A stretch of DNA of 64,000 nucleotides from the human T2T-CHM13v2.0 reference genome, Homo sapiens, in the NCBI RefSeq assembly GCF_009914755.1, contig NC_060932.1; one strand, given 5' to 3'. The notes below the pieces were generated by a model, which did not search any database, was not told the origin of the DNA, and saw only the letters and a list, made by a program, of their open reading frames with translations. Each line of letters begins with the position of its first letter. The stretch's first letter is position 1. The position numbers and the translations under genes were made by a program. Positions 25,776 to 44,153 of this stretch are shown piece by piece.

Positions 25776-28700
25776 AGGTCTACCCTATAGCTGAGAAATA
25801 AAACATACAAGAATTCCCAACCTTATGTTGGTGTTTCATCCCAATACCCTACCTCCTTTAGGCCCAATGCCCCATCTCCTATCTATGAATGGTCCTATAA
25901 CCCAAAGTCCTGGTTACTAAGAGAGATAACACCCTGTTAGAGCAGCAAATAGTTATCCACTTAGATCTCCCTTTATTTTGATTTCTATGGATTTTGTTTA
26001 CTTTTCTATAAATTCAGGATTTCTAGGTGTTTTGTAGCAGGAGGATTTTTATGCTTTTAATATTTCATATTGCCATAAATTGAGGTCACCCACTGTTTGT
26101 GTACAAGTTGGTCTGTTGGTCTTCACTAACATGCGATCTAACTTATGTCTCAGCAGCTTACATAACAATACATGACATATAATCAATAAATACTTATTGA
26201 ATTAGTGATTTTGATTATAAATTGCAAACAGATTTAGAAAATGCAAATTAAACATTACTACTAATAACTAATCTTTATATTCGGATATCATCTAATTTTC
26301 ACAATCATATTGTGAGTTAGGTAATAGTAGTCTAATCTATAGACTAAAACATTTAGGCTTAATGGGGTTAAATAAATTTCCCAAGGTCATATATCTAGCA
26401 CAAAGCAGATTTTACTTTCAAATAGAGGGCTCTTTGATTCTAGAGTCTACACTACCATATAAATTATTAAAATGTACTAAAAATAGACTGAATAAATGAA
26501 AATTAAGATATAAATTAATACAATTATTAAGTTAATCTGTAAAAGGCTTCTAGCCTATGGAAAATGGTATTTTCAAATTCTCTAATAACAAATAACTCCC
26601 ACAAAATATAATTGTTCTTTTGTACCTTTTAGAAGGGCAAAAGTTAACTGACCAAAATTATTTTTAACAAATATTATAGACTTGGAGAAAATGTGTATTA
26701 TATAAAGAGCGCAAAGGCCTGAGGTACTTGTGTGGCTAGAAAAGAGGAATAGAGTAGAATAAGTAAAATCTTGTACCTAACAATCACACAAGGAAACAAG
26801 ATGAGGGGAACAGTAGACACAAAACATTCATTTAAAAGTTGTGTATAGTACTAAAAGTAAAAAAAACAAGAGCCTAAATAGTCAACAACAGAATAATAAG
26901 GAAACTGTTTTATTTATCCAATAATTATGATGCTTGTATAACAAGAAGACACATTAAAAATAAAAAGGCATTGGCAAAGTCTTATTTGAGTTCAAAAAAA
27001 AGCAGCATAAACATCCACAGAATGTTTACAATCTGCAGTGTTATATAGGTGCAGAAAAACACTAAAAAAAGGTATACCTCAGCATCAGTAATATTTGGAG
27101 GGTTTATTAAGGAGAATGTGAATAATAATTTTGGACAAAATTTTTCTATTTAAATTTATTGAATGAAACTTTCACCATTATTAAAAGAATTTTTTTTGAA
27201 ATATGCATATATTTACGCATTTATACTGTCCTCGGTGGCCCTAATTTCTAGTAAATTTAAGATGGCCCAAATATGTTAGAAACCTCCTTTTCCAACCTTA
27301 ATATCCAACATTTGCCATCTTGAATTCTCTGCTACGGACAATCAGGCTTCCTGATGTTTCCTAAATCCAACTTCGGCCTTTGCCCTCTCTCCTTGCTCAG
27401 GTTGTCCTCCATTTGAAGAGTCTCTCCTGGCCTCATTTGATCTTCATCCGTTAAAAGCCTACATGTTGGTTAAGGTCCAGCTCAAAGGTCACTATCCTTA
27501 CAAGGCATTTTTTAATTCCCTCACCTGATCATGATCACCTGAGTTTTACTTACTTTTAGCCTTGGAAGAACCATTTGTGCTATAGAGACAGTGAGGCCTA
27601 GGTGAAGGGGACCTTAAACAAATGGCATTCTTCAAAATCAAGAGCTTTTTTGTTGGATTAGTTAGAAGACTTTTTGTTTTTGTTTTTGTTTTGCATCAAC
27701 TCAATACCAACTTCTGCCTTTGTCATAATTGTCCCTAGTCAACTTTTTTTTTATAGTAGAGATAAATGTATTGCATTATTTTTGTCACCCTTCATTTACA
27801 ATTTACTTTTTCAATCAATTTCTGATGTTTATAGTGGCCACATCCACTACTCCTACAGTTCCGTTTCAGAGGCCATCGGAGCTCTACATCTATTATTTAC
27901 TACCGATATCCACATCAAGCCTCCCTCCCTTGCTCTTCATGAAATGCATCCACGATGGGACATTGATCTCATTATTCTGTGAGGATCTGGTTGTTTGTCT
28001 GCATCTTTCTCTACATCTGGGATCTGAAATTTTCTTATTGGATAACGAATCCCCATCACATACACACATGATAAATATTTGTTTAATGGAAAAACAAATG
28101 CATGAGAGTGGCATGATGAAAACAGGTGAGTCTGGATTAAAGCAATTGGTCATCTGTTTGGTCCAATTCCCAGCAACCCAGGTTTGCAAAAGTGTGTGTT
28201 GCAAGAGCTGCTCTTGCTATGAAATGATGCCATGAATGTATAACCTGTTACTTACTTTAGAATCCTTTTTACTTAAAAAATAATCTGACAATGTCCATTT
28301 CAATACGTGGTTTTAATGACATGACCCCCTAACTACACTTTCTGATCTGCAAATTCCTGTTCTCATGTATTGTATGGTTTTACAAACTGCACCTGTTTGA
28401 AATGAACACAAAGCAAGAAACTGTTTATGCAGAAAAACCAAGTGCTCTGCATTCTCCAGTTCCTCAAGGAGAATGTTTATGTGGTTTACCTTGCGAAGCC
28501 AAAGGTCTTTTGCAGCACTTATGCACCTGAAGGAAGCCCTGAGGGATGGCAGAGTTAGCCTTCTGGTGGGTGAAGGTGCCATGTGTCTTGTCTATTTTAT
28601 CTCCTTCACCCACTACCTACCTCCTCCACCACCCCACCCCACCCCACCCCACCCTCATTCTCCTTTTTTATTCCTTTCTCCTGTCTCATATTATTGGGTA

Positions 28701-29796
28701 CAGGGCTGTGTGTTAGCATTTAGCATATAATGACTTACACATAGAAGATACTCTACATGCATCAAATAGAACTTTAAATAAACAAACCTGGGTATAGATC
28801 ACTAGCAAATGCCAAGTCTTAGCAAAGCAGAACTCTTAAAATTAGAGATATACTAAGATGATGAGTAAAATCACTGCATGGAAATGTTTTTTAATTCAAA
28901 TGTATTATTGTATATTTGTCTGAGACATCTGACAGATCTTTTTTTAAAGTACACAATTCTAAATAAATGCTTTGGTCAAAAATCTTGATCAATCTCTGTC
29001 TTTCTCTCTACATTTACTGAATTGAAAAGGATTCCACAAATATACTAATGAGTAGCAAAAGGCCCAGGAAAACCGCCACCTAAAAGTTGTTCAGGATAAA
29101 AGCGTCTATTTTCCTAACAGAGCTGCACCACGCAAGGGTAAAGCCTCCTTTTAAGTGTTGGGGCAAATCCAATTCACCCAACACAATCAATCCATCAGCC
29201 TAATCTATATTCAGAATTTTCAAAAACAGTAGTTTTCCGTTTTGCAGGCATCTAAAAGTCTGCAGTGTACTTTGTAAAATGAAATAAAACATGTTTTTAA
29301 TATTTGGCCGAGACTTAAATTCTCAAGAGCCAAGATTTCAGAGCAAATATTTCCACATTAATTGAAAATTTTATTGTCAAATATATTTCATGGTTTATTC
29401 ATGCAGAGTAGTGCTTCTTGTCTTCTACCATTCATTCCAGTGATTTCACGGAGAAGCCAGAGGCTATTTTCAAAATTGGGGTGACATTTAAAATCAGGGT
29501 GACATTGTTTTTCTCACATGCAAAAATAATGATTTCTTTCTTTATGCTGAATATCTTCTTCACTGGGTAATTTTGTTGATAATAATATCTTTTCTGCTTA
29601 GCTCACAGGACAGTTATGAAAACTACAAAGAGATAGCATGTGCATCCACCATATAAAAAAGAATTTTATAAATATTGTAGATTATTATTATTGTTATTCA
29701 TTCAAAGTAAGATTCAAGCATCAAAGACTCATAGAACCAATTGAGGAAATTAATTTAAAAGTGTACATAGAGAGGAGAGAGAGAAAGAGAGATGGC

Positions 29797-30265
<469 letters not shown>

Positions 30266-30283
30266 TTCACTGAAATGTAAGTA

Positions 30284-30407
30284 CCAGCACTTTGGGAGGC
30301 CAATGCGTGTGGATTGCTTGAGTCCAGGACTTTGAGACCAACCTGGGCAAAACCCCATCTCTTCAGAGATGATGGTAAAACCTTACCTTTATAAAAAAAG
30401 GAAAAAA
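30284..30407 (+). mobile_element. Alu left monomer (FLAM/AluJ fragment)
   Basis: CCAGCACTTTGGGAGGC...TTGCTTGAGTCCAGGA...; flanked by TGTAAGTAC repeat. Confidence 0.8.
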
Positions 30408-30449
30408 GTGTAAGTACCTACTGCAAAAGGAAGGGCTATATCTGCTTCA

Positions 30450-30950
30450 TGCATTCATTTATTCTTTCTTTAGACAAATACTTATTGACAGGCCCTGTCC
30501 TAGGCACTGAGTATACAGTCTCTGCTCACAGACAATGAACAAGTAATTAATTTCCAGAAGTGGCAAGTACTGTAAAGAGACTAATACAGATTAATCACAT
30601 GGAGCTATAGGAGTACAGAGCTGGAAGCAAGTACTCTAGACAGGGTGGTCAAAGAAGGCCAGCCACAAGGATGACATTTGACCTAACACCTGAAGGCTGA
30701 GGTGTCAGGGCACATGCACCAGCCATGCAAAGATCTAAGGGAAGAATGTTTCAGACAGAGGAAACAACAATTGCAATGTGTCTGGTACAAAAACTAGCTT
30801 GTTGTATTCAGAAGACAGAAGAGTTCCCAGTGTGTCTCAAGCATGGTAAATGAGAGGAGGTATATGAGATGAAGGTGGGAAAAGACAGAGGCCATATCAT
30901 GTGGGTCATGGCAGGCCACACTGAAAAGCTAGATTCATTCAAAATGCATT
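30450..30950 (-). mobile_element. L2 3' region
   Basis: CATTCATTTATTC...CAAATACTTATTGA...GTCCTAGGCACTGAG; CAGCCATGCAAAGATCTAAGGGAAGAATGTTTCAGACAGAGG. Confidence 0.75.
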
Positions 30951-31304
30951 ATGACTTTGAATCCCTTATCTTGCATAGTCTGAAAACTATTAAATGTTCA
31001 GTAAGTATCTTTTGAATAACTTGATATATAAACATGGTATTTTTAAGTAATTATGTGAAGAGGGCATTTAGGATACTTGGAGATTTTGAGACTCCCAAGA
31101 GATGCCTTATCTCAGGGAAAGATCAGAAATCAGCCTTGCATTCCATTCTTGAAACACTGGTCTCTAACTAATTTGGCAGTGACTCCTAGAAGTAACATCT
31201 CTCCTTCGTTCATCACATTCAGTCAAAACAGCTAGTATGACCATGCTTCATTGGGCAAAAGTGAGACTGCTTTTACTCTGGAGTAAAGTTTGTCACATTG
31301 GGAA

Positions 31305-31517
31305 ATATAGCACAGATAGTTCATATCTGTGATGATGTAAATGCTCTGTTCATGTTGTCCAAATGGTAGGTACCAGCCACATGAGGCTATTGAGCACTTA
31401 ATATGTGGCTATTGTGACTGAGAAACTGAGTTTTTTATTTTATGTATTTTCAAATTTATTTTAATTAATTTTAATTTTAAGTAAGGGCCCTACGGGTACT
31501 GTACTGGGCAGTGCAGG
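31305..31517. mobile_element. MER3 (hAT-Charlie)
   Basis: CCAGCCACATGAGGCTATTGAGCACTTAATATGTGGCTATTGTGACTGAGAAACTGA plus AT-rich centre. Confidence 0.8.
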
Positions 31518-32865
31518 TTGTATTTTTCTTTGCCTTTACCATTAACCTTCTTGAAGTAGCTCATCAGCCTCCCGCGTCTCATGCCTGCCGGCTGTTCCTC
31601 GCTCACTCCCAGCATGTGCTGTGGCCCATTGACTGAGCTTCTTCCAACCACAGTCATGGATAGGGTTGCTGTCTGAGCCGGTTACATGCACCCTGCTCCT
31701 TGGCCCTGACTTGGCTGCAGCCCAAGGCTATCTCTCGCATCTGTGGTGAGATGATGAGGAGGAACTGGTGAGGCCACACAGACACATGAGGCATGCCCAT
31801 CTCTGCAGTTCAGTGAATAACCCCAAATTGATGGGTCAGAAAAATCTTCCTTGTTTGCAAAGGGCAGCTTCAAACATCTTAAATGAACTGCACTGGTGGT
31901 ACATTTGCCAAGTGAAGAAGACACATCTGTTTCAGATCAAAGCAAGATGAGAGATGCTCCGGCGTTAGCCTAAACTTAGTTTCTCCAAAATTCAGGGAAT
32001 TCTCATATTCTTTTCAATTAGTTAAAGTTTCCAAATCTGTCATATTCTCACTACTGATAATAATGCTACTAGATGATTATTTTCCCTTAAGTGAAACAGC
32101 TGTTTGAATTTAATTGCAAATAAAACATTTCACTTTTAAATATAGCACTCCATTGTTTCTTCAGCGTAGAGGCAGGAAGAGAATATAGGGTTCTTGCTTT
32201 TATACCCAAGTTTGCCTCTATCCAAGGAGTGAGTGTTTTATGCTGGCAAACATGATTTCCAGACTTCAACATTTTTAAAATGTTATTTCGTTTCCCTGGA
32301 CATCAAACACTTTAAAAACACATTCTGATGAGTCTGGTGTAAATAAATCAGAGGCATGCAGATTCAATGTCTACAAGGGGGAAAAATCTAGAATAAATGT
32401 GCTTGAGGAAAAATTTATTAGAGATCACTTTAAAATTAAACTACTCAAAAAGAATGTTTTAAAGTTTACCTGTTGTAGGATCTAAAATAGGCACTCAAAT
32501 AACAAATTCCATGGTTCCCCTATATCACACATAGTAATCTCCAGGCCCCTTACTGTGGTTAAGTTCTTTTTGATATGTATGGAATCTCAGTGGCTGAGTC
32601 AATGACAAAATCTTTCAGGATTTCTATGGAAGATGTGATTACTTTCTTCAACAACACTAGGGCCATTCTCCTCCAGTTAATTTCCATGGCAGTATCTCAC
32701 AGTATCAATGGCATTAACAGTATGTATCTATTTTAATTAATCTATTTTCTAGCAGAGTAAGGAGTGGATACTGGTTCTCTGACCTAAGAAAAGTGGAGCT
32801 CTTTGCAAGTGCTCTATTCTCTTGTGTGGTATTTTTCAAATTTAGATATCTAGGACCCAGGAATA

Positions 32866-33230
32866 CATGTTAAGCATCCCTAATTTTAAAATCTGAAATT
32901 TGAAATGCTCCAAAATCCAAAATATTTTGAGCACTAATGTGAGGCTGCAAGTGGAAGATTCCACATCTGATTACTTAAGCATAATGAGTCGTAGTCAAAA
33001 CAGAGTCAAAACTTTGTTCATGCACAAAATACGTCAAATAATTGTATAAAATCGTCTTTATACTATGGATATAAGGTATATATGAAACAAAAAAAGTTCA
33101 TGTCTAGACTTAGGTCCCATGCTCAAGATACTTCATCATGTATATGGAAATATCCCAAAATCTTTTGTAAAAATCCAAAATCTAAAACACTTCCAGTCCC
33201 CAGCATTTTAGATAATGAATATTCAACCTG
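32866..33230. mobile_element. Tigger4 (Tigger4b-like) non-autonomous element
   Basis: TIRs CATGTTAAGCATCCC / GAATATTCAACCTG with AAATGCTCCAAAATCC and GCACAAAAT internal motifs; TA at left. Confidence 0.85.
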
Positions 33231-33628
33231 TGTATGTCTTTAGACTTCCAGAGAAGCAAAGATATCAGTGTGAAGTTTGTTGTTGTCTCAAAAGTAAACA
33301 GAATCACAGACAGCAAAAATACATGGCAAAACTCAATCAAAAATATCACCTGAGAGATCCAGAGAATCCTAATAGTACAGTCTTTGCTGATGATACCATT
33401 TTTAAGTATTTTTTAAGTGCAAACACAAAATAAGACATTTTCTTAGAGGAGTATTGAAACTTGGAGAAGAAAATCATGAACTCCACTTCAAAAAAACACT
33501 ACTCCAGAAGCCAAATGTTTGGTCAATTACATGGTTTGGCGAAATGGCTTTACTTTAGATGTGTCTGTAGAATACAAACTCATCACCAAATTATCCTCCT
33601 CAGTTATCACAAAGACAATTAAATAGCA

Positions 33629-33934
33629 GGCCGGGCGCGGTGGCGCACGCCTGTAATCCCAGCACTTTGGGAGGCCGAGGCGGGCGGATCACGAGGTCAG
33701 GAAATCGAGACCATCCTGGCTAACATGGTGAAACCCCGTCTCTACTAAAAATACAAAAAATTAGCCGGGCGCGGTGGCGGGCTCCTGTAGTCCCAGCTAC
33801 TCAGGAGACTGAGGCAGGAGAATGGCGTGAACCCAGGAGGCGGAGCTTGTAGTGAGCCGAGATAGCGCCACTGCACTCCGGCCTGGGCGAATGAGCGAGA
33901 CTCCGTCTCGAAAAAAAATAAAAAAATAAATAAA
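33629..33934 (+). mobile_element. AluY, CpG-rich (young)
   Basis: CCATCCTGGCTAAC, GAATGGCGTGAACCC, GCGGAGCTTG diagnostics; TSD TAAATAGCA. Confidence 0.95.
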
Positions 33935-33992
33935 TAAATAGCAATAATTTTTGTCTAGATAAATTAGCAAGTCAAAGAGGGAATTAATTTCT

Positions 33993-33995
33993 TTC

Positions 33996-34026
<31 letters not shown>

Positions 34027-34254
34027 GAGCTGGAGACTCACTGTGTCGCCCAGGCTGGAGTGCAGTGGCGAGTAGCTGGAACTACAGGCACCGGCCACTA
34101 TGCCCGGCTAATTTTTGTTGTTGTTGTTGTATTTTTAGTAGAGACGGGGTTTCACCGTGTTAGCCAAGATGGTCTCGATCTCCTGACCTCGTGAGCCGCC
34201 CATCTCGGCCTTCCAAAGTGCTAGGATTACAGGCGTGAGCCACCACGCCGGGCT
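33993..34254 (-). mobile_element. AluY-like with ~64-bp internal deletion
   Basis: GTGTTAGCCAAGATGGTCTCGATCTCCTGACCTCGTGA; junction GTGGCG|AGTAGC; TSD GAGGGAATTAATTTCT. Confidence 0.93.
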
Positions 34255-36922
34255 GAGGGAATTAATTTCTAACTATAGTTAGCAGTAAATCCATTCACCA
34301 CTTTGCAATACGTCAATAATATAATTATCTTTTGGTTCTTGGCACTGAACATAGATGTGCTCACTGAGCTTTTCCAAGCTATGATTATGTCCATGGTGTT
34401 CAGCTGTTGGCCATTTAACAGAATGCAGCGTGATTCTATTAGGTGTTTTCAAGTTGTCAGAAATTTGGAGTCTATATGACCCGATCTTATTCTCCACAAT
34501 TTATCGTTATTGAGATTAATACATTGACCCCAAGGACAACTAGAAAGCTGTTGACAGAATGAATTGCCTCAGATATTTGTGTAAACTTGCTTTTTAGCCA
34601 ATTCTTCAACATAAGGCAATGAATCCATTTAATAAATATGTGCTACATGTTTATTACATACAAGACAATAGACATGCGAGGGATATGAACATATATGACA
34701 CAGCACATACTCACAAGAAACTTACTAATTGATCATGAATGGATAGAATTTTAAGCTAAGAGTTGGACAAAATACCTTCAGAACATTTTCCAGAAGCCTC
34801 TTGGTAAATGTTTGACCTTTGGGACAAGTAACTATGTAATAATAAAGTTAATGCTTAATAAGATCCCCAAGAGAAAAAAATTAATTGTATGAAACACAAT
34901 CTCCAGAAAGTTGCCCTTCATGTGGAATAATTTTCCCTTTGCTCAGTCCTGCAGTGTCAACCTCATATTAAGACAGTTCAAAAGCAGCTAGCACTGTACT
35001 TCATTTTGGGCAATTACTGTCAGCTTTATGCTATTGAATAATGTTGTGCCATACTGACACAGATACTGTAAAACTATTAATATTGCATACTACAGTCACG
35101 TAGAAGCTATTTTATTCATAAATATCTATTAGCCAAGACTTGTGCACATGTAAAATACAATGGAAACTGACTTTTATAATCATGTCCTGAAGGCACCTGG
35201 AGATCTCAAAATGCCTTTTACAAAATAATACCTAAACATAAACAATTAAAGTCAGTCCATCAGCAAAAATGTATTAGTCTTTATTGTTATAGCTAGAGAC
35301 AATACAAAAATGTGTTAAGATGTGGCTTCTGCTCTCAAGAAGCTTACAACCATACAGAGACTTAAAATCCACCCAATCTTTAATAAATACCTCTTTCATA
35401 AATACACTATACAATGTTGAAAAAGGGAGCATTTGTCCCCATCCCAATGTCCTTTTCTACACCTCCTGTCCTCAAATGAAGAGAGGTTGTTATTAGACAA
35501 AATGTGGGACCTTTACTGGGCTTTATCAACTGGAGGGGCCAAGACCCAGGCTGTGTGGCCATCTTTCATTTCCTGCCTCCATGTGGTAAACAGATTTCTC
35601 AGATACAGTTTTGTGAATTCAGAGGAAAAGCTTTAAGACTGAGCCGTGCTCTCCTGCACAGGTATTACCAAACAGGACTGCATTGGAGATGACAGGATAA
35701 TTACCAGCTATTAATACGTTGGTGTTTTACTAAGAATTGCTATATGTAAATCTCTTTGTATGAAGCCATGACGGAAAGAGGAATGAGTAATAAGCTCACC
35801 AAAATCCCACCTTGAGATTTTAACATAATATTTAACCAGAAAGTAAATCTGTTTATATTTATTTGTGTTATTATAAAATTACTATTTGAATTTCTCTTTG
35901 ACTTTAGGTGGAAATGTACGTGATTTCCATATGTTACATTTGTAAACAATATTTGTATATGCCTTTCCTTAACCTATGTATCTTAAGAGGAAATGCCAGA
36001 AAATGACAATAGTATTGCATGACACAACATGAATGAATTCTTACATGACGAAGGTTCTCCCCTAACCCTACCTCTCACTCCTTCTATCTCTTAACTATGG
36101 GCACTTGGAAGGCAAACTGTAATTTTGTACTTAATTCAGTGGCTGCCACTTAGCAGTGCACAAAGGCACTTTTTGAATGAATGATGAATAAATTTCCAAC
36201 CAGGGTTTGAAGAAAATTGGCTAAAATGCTACCCAGCATCCATGCCTGAGTAATTTAACGATCCTTTAGAATTTATTGATAAACTAAGAAGTAGTCACTG
36301 AGGTGTTTGATATGTGAATGCATCTGTGGAATGTCTTTTCAATATAGGTAAGACGATTTTACTGGATTGCAAGGTATTTCTGACATAGGATAGCATTTGT
36401 GATATAGGTGGCCTTAATGCACACTCCAACTAGTACTCCTCTCTCTCTACATATATTTATATAAGCATATATGGTATTATTTAATATTATGTTAAATAGT
36501 AATGTTAAATGTTACATTAATGTTATAGTTCGTAACAAATGTTATTTATTTAATTATATTATTTACTGTTAACTTAAAATTATTTAAATTAATATGATAT
36601 AATTAAATTATTATTATTAAGGTAATTTCAAGGAGTGAACAATACTGTAATATTCACATTATAATTCTTTTTGATTCTTGGAAAAGCAGCCATTTTGGTT
36701 GTTAGGGATTTTTATTTTTATTATGCTCTAAGTTCTAAGGTACATGTGCATAACGTACAGGTTTGATACATAGGTAAACATGTGTCGTGTTGGTTTGCTG
36801 CCTCCATCAACTCATCATTTACATTAGGTATTTCTCCTAATGCTATCCCTCCCCCAGCCGCCCAACCCTGACAGGCCCTGGTGTGTGATGTTCCCTGACC
36901 TCTGTCCAAGTGATCTCATTGT

Positions 36923-40741
<3,819 letters not shown>

Positions 40742-40804
40742 TATGATGTTAGCTGGTTATTTTGCCTGTTAATTGATGCAGTTTCTTCCTAGCATCGATG
40801 GTCT

Positions 40805-41827
40805 TTACAATTTGGCCTATTTTTGTAGTGGCTTGTACCATTTGTTTCTTTCTATTTTTCTTGCTTCTTTCAGGAGCTCTTGTAAGGCAGGCCTGGTGAT
40901 GACAAAATCTCTCAGCATTTGCTTGTCTGTAAAGAATTTTATTTCTCCTTCACTTATGAAGCTTAGTTTGGCTGGATATGAAATTCTGGGTTGAAAATTC
41001 TTTTCTTTAAGAATGTTGAATATTGGCCCCCACTCTCTTCTGGCTTGTAGGGTTTCTGCCAAGAGATCAGCTGTTAGTCTGATGGGCTTCCCTTTGTGGG
41101 TAACTCGACCTTTCTCTCTGGCTGCCGTTAACACTTTTTCCTTCATTTCAGCCTTGGTGAATCTGACAATTACGTGCTTGGAGTTGCTCTTCTCGAGGAG
41201 TATTTTTGTGGTGTTCTCTGTTTCCTGAATTTGAACGTTGGCCTGCCTTGCTAGGTTGGGGATGTTCTCCTGGATAATATCCTGAAGAATGTTTTCTAAC
41301 TTGGTTCCATTCTCCCCATCACTGTCAGGTATAGCAATCAAATGTAGATTTGGTCTTTTCACATAGTCCCATATTTTTTGGAGGCTTTGTTCATTTCTTT
41401 TTGCTCTTTTCCCTCTGACCTTGTCTTCTCACTTTATTTCATTAATTTGATCTTCAATCACTGATATCCTTTCTTCCACTTGATCGAATTGGCTATTGAA
41501 ACTTGTGCATGCTTCATAAAGTTCTCGTGCCATGGTTTTCAGCTCCATCAGGTCCTTTAACCTCTTCTCTACACTGTTTATTCTAGTTAGCCATTCATCT
41601 AATTTTTTTCAAGGTTTTTAGCTTCCTTGCGATGGGTTCAAACATCCTCCTTTAGCTTGGAGAAAAACTGTTATTACCAAGCTTCTGACGCCTACTTCTG
41701 TCAACTTGTCAAATTCATTCTCCATCCAGCTTCATTCCATTGCTGGCAAGGAGCTGCAACCTTTTGGAGGAGAAGAGGCATTCTGATTTTTAGAATTTTC
41801 AGGTTTTCTGCTCTGGTTTCTCCCTAT
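40805..41827 (-). pseudogene. L1 ORF1, start codon mutated (ATA), frameshifted
   Basis: KRPNLHLIAIP...GKPIRLTADL...ARREWGPIFNILKEKNFQPRISYPAKLSF. Confidence 0.9.
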
Positions 41828-43429
41828 CTTTGTGGTTTTATCTACCTTTGGTCTTTGATGTTGGTGACCTACAGATGGGGTTTTGGTGTAGACCTTTTTG
41901 TTGACGTTGATGCTATTCCTTTCTGTTTGTTCATTTTCCTTCTAACAGTCAGGTTCCTCTGCTGCAGGTCTTGGAGTTTGCTGGAGTGCCACTCCAGAGC
42001 CTGTTTGCCTGGGTATCACCAGCGGAGGTTGTGGAACAGCAAATATTGCTGCCTGATCCTTCCTCTGGAAGGTTCATCCCAGAGGGGCAGCCACCTATAT
42101 GAGGTGTCTGCCAGCCCTACTGGGAGATGTCTCCCAGTTAGGCTACACGGGGTTCAGGGACCCACTTGAGAAGGCAGTCTGTCCATTTTCAGAGCACAAA
42201 CGCCATGTTGGAAGAACCACTGCTCTCTTGAGAGCTGTCAGACAGGGGCGTTTAAGTCTGCAGAAGTTGTCTGCTGCCTTTTGTTCAGCTATGCCCTGCC
42301 CACAGAGGTGGAGTCTAGAGGCAGTAGGCCTTGTTGAGCTGCAGTGGGCTCCACCCAGTTCAAGCTTCCTGGCTGCTTTGTTTACCTACTCAAGCCTCAG
42401 CAATGGTGGATGCCCCTCCCCCAGCCAGGCTGCCTCCTCGCAGATCAATCTCAGACTGCTGTGCTAGCAGTGAGCAAGGCTCCATGGGCATGGGACCTGC
42501 TGAGCAAGGCACGAGAGAGGATCACCTTGTCTGCTGGTCACTAAGACCTTGGGAAAAGCTCAATATTTGGGCGGGGAGTGTCCCGTTTCTCCAGATAATT
42601 TGTCACAGCTTCCCTTGGCTAGGAAAAGGAAATCCTTCAACCCCTTGCACTTCCCGGGTGAGGCAATGCCCCACCCTGCTTCAGCTCACCCTCTGTGGGC
42701 TACACCCTCTGTCCAACCAGTCCCCATGAGATGAACCAGGTACCTGAGTTGGAAATGCAGAAATCACCCGTCTTCTGCATCAATCATGCTGGGAGCTGCA
42801 GACCGGAGCTGCTCCTATTCAGCCATCTTGGAACACCTTGCTTGTTAGGTTTTTTTAAAATAACTATAATTGTGGGGAGACTACAGTAGGTAGAAACACA
42901 GAGAATGGAAAAAAGGAATGTTTTTAGGAAAATTTTAGAGTTGTATTGCTTGAATAGTAGCAATTTCTCAGCCTTGCTTTGTGTTTCTTACCCTTGATAT
43001 TTTTGAAATGTACATGCAGTTATTTTGTGGAATGTCCCTCAATTTGGAATGAATAGAATATATCACTAAATTGAATAAAATCACACTAATTGAATTTCAG
43101 TCCATGGTAAAAAATCAGCCTGAAATTCTACCTCAAATTCATACCCAAAGATCACATCTGTCCTTGGATCAAAGATGAGGACTAGTTCTGTTTTGACAAC
43201 TTCTAAAAAGTGAGTTTATTCAACAATTATTTTGACAAATTTGCTTCAGAGGAAAGTTAGAGTGCTGGAAATGGGCCCAAAAGGAAGAGCGCATGCAGGG
43301 GTGCCCTGCCAAATGTTTTGCCAATAGCAATGATCTAATTGGCAAGCCATATTCAAATTCAAGTGTGTGACTGTTGATGCTGTTGGTGATTTTCAAAGAA
43401 GAGAAAATTGTGCTCCTATCTGTTTTTCT

Positions 43430-43564
43430 TTTAAGTTTTTATTTTGACATAATTTCAACTTGCAGAAAAGTTGCTGATTTATACACTACCCCTTACCACC
43501 TTGATTCACCAATTGCTTATATTTCACTCCATTTGCTTTAGCATTCTGTGTTTATGTGTAGTTC

Positions 43565-43597
<33 letters not shown>

Positions 43598-43950
43598 GTG
43601 TATTAGCATATTCTTTCAGAACCATTTGAGAATAAGTTGCAGACATCACAGTACTTTAACCTTAAATAATTATTCTAAGAACAGGAATATTTTCTTATGT
43701 AACTACCAGACAGTTATCAAAATCAAGATTTTTAGAATTGATATTATCTAATTGACAGTCCATGTTCAAATTTTATCAGTTGTTCTCATAATGTCCTTAC
43801 AGCTCTTTTTTCCTTGTCTGTGACCATACGTTGCATTTAGTTGTCATGTCTCTTTAGTTTCCTTTAATCTGAAATAGTTCCTCTCACTTGCTTTGTGTTT
43901 CTTGCCCTTGGTATTTTGGGAGCATACAGACATTATTTTTAGGATGGCTT
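43430..43950 (-). mobile_element. L1MC-like 3' fragment containing (TG)n at 43565-43600
   Basis: TTTTATTTTGACATAATTTCAACTTGCAGAAAAGTTG; GAACCATTTGAGAATAAGTTGCAGACATCA; TTGCATTTAGTTGTCATGTCTCTTTAG. Confidence 0.75.
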
Positions 43951-44153
43951 TGCTATTTTTGAGGTGTAGTTTGAGGAGTACCATAGGACCCCATTGCCTG
44001 AATAGAGCTGCCTTGTCAGTATACTCATGCATCTGGGATGCCCAACATCTGGATAACTGCTTTAATTTAAGACATTCTTTATTGAACATTCCTATTAAGT
44101 CATTTATATTATCTTGAGTCAATGCTTTAAAATTTATTATAACACTCTGTGAC

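Noticed and set aside
27674-28235. Overlapping 102-168 aa ORFs
   Set aside because: They overlap decayed L2-like sequence, have low-complexity hydrophobic composition and show no recognisable domain.
31560-32620. NF-kB-, IRF- and AP-1-like words (GGGAATTCTC, AAGTGAAAC, TGAGTCA)
   Set aside because: Short motifs spread over 1 kb are expected by chance and cannot be supported from sequence alone.
36470-36660. Extremely AT-rich tract next to the L1 3' end
   Set aside because: Low-complexity sequence without clear periodicity; it lies outside the L1 TSD, so it is not a 3' transduction.
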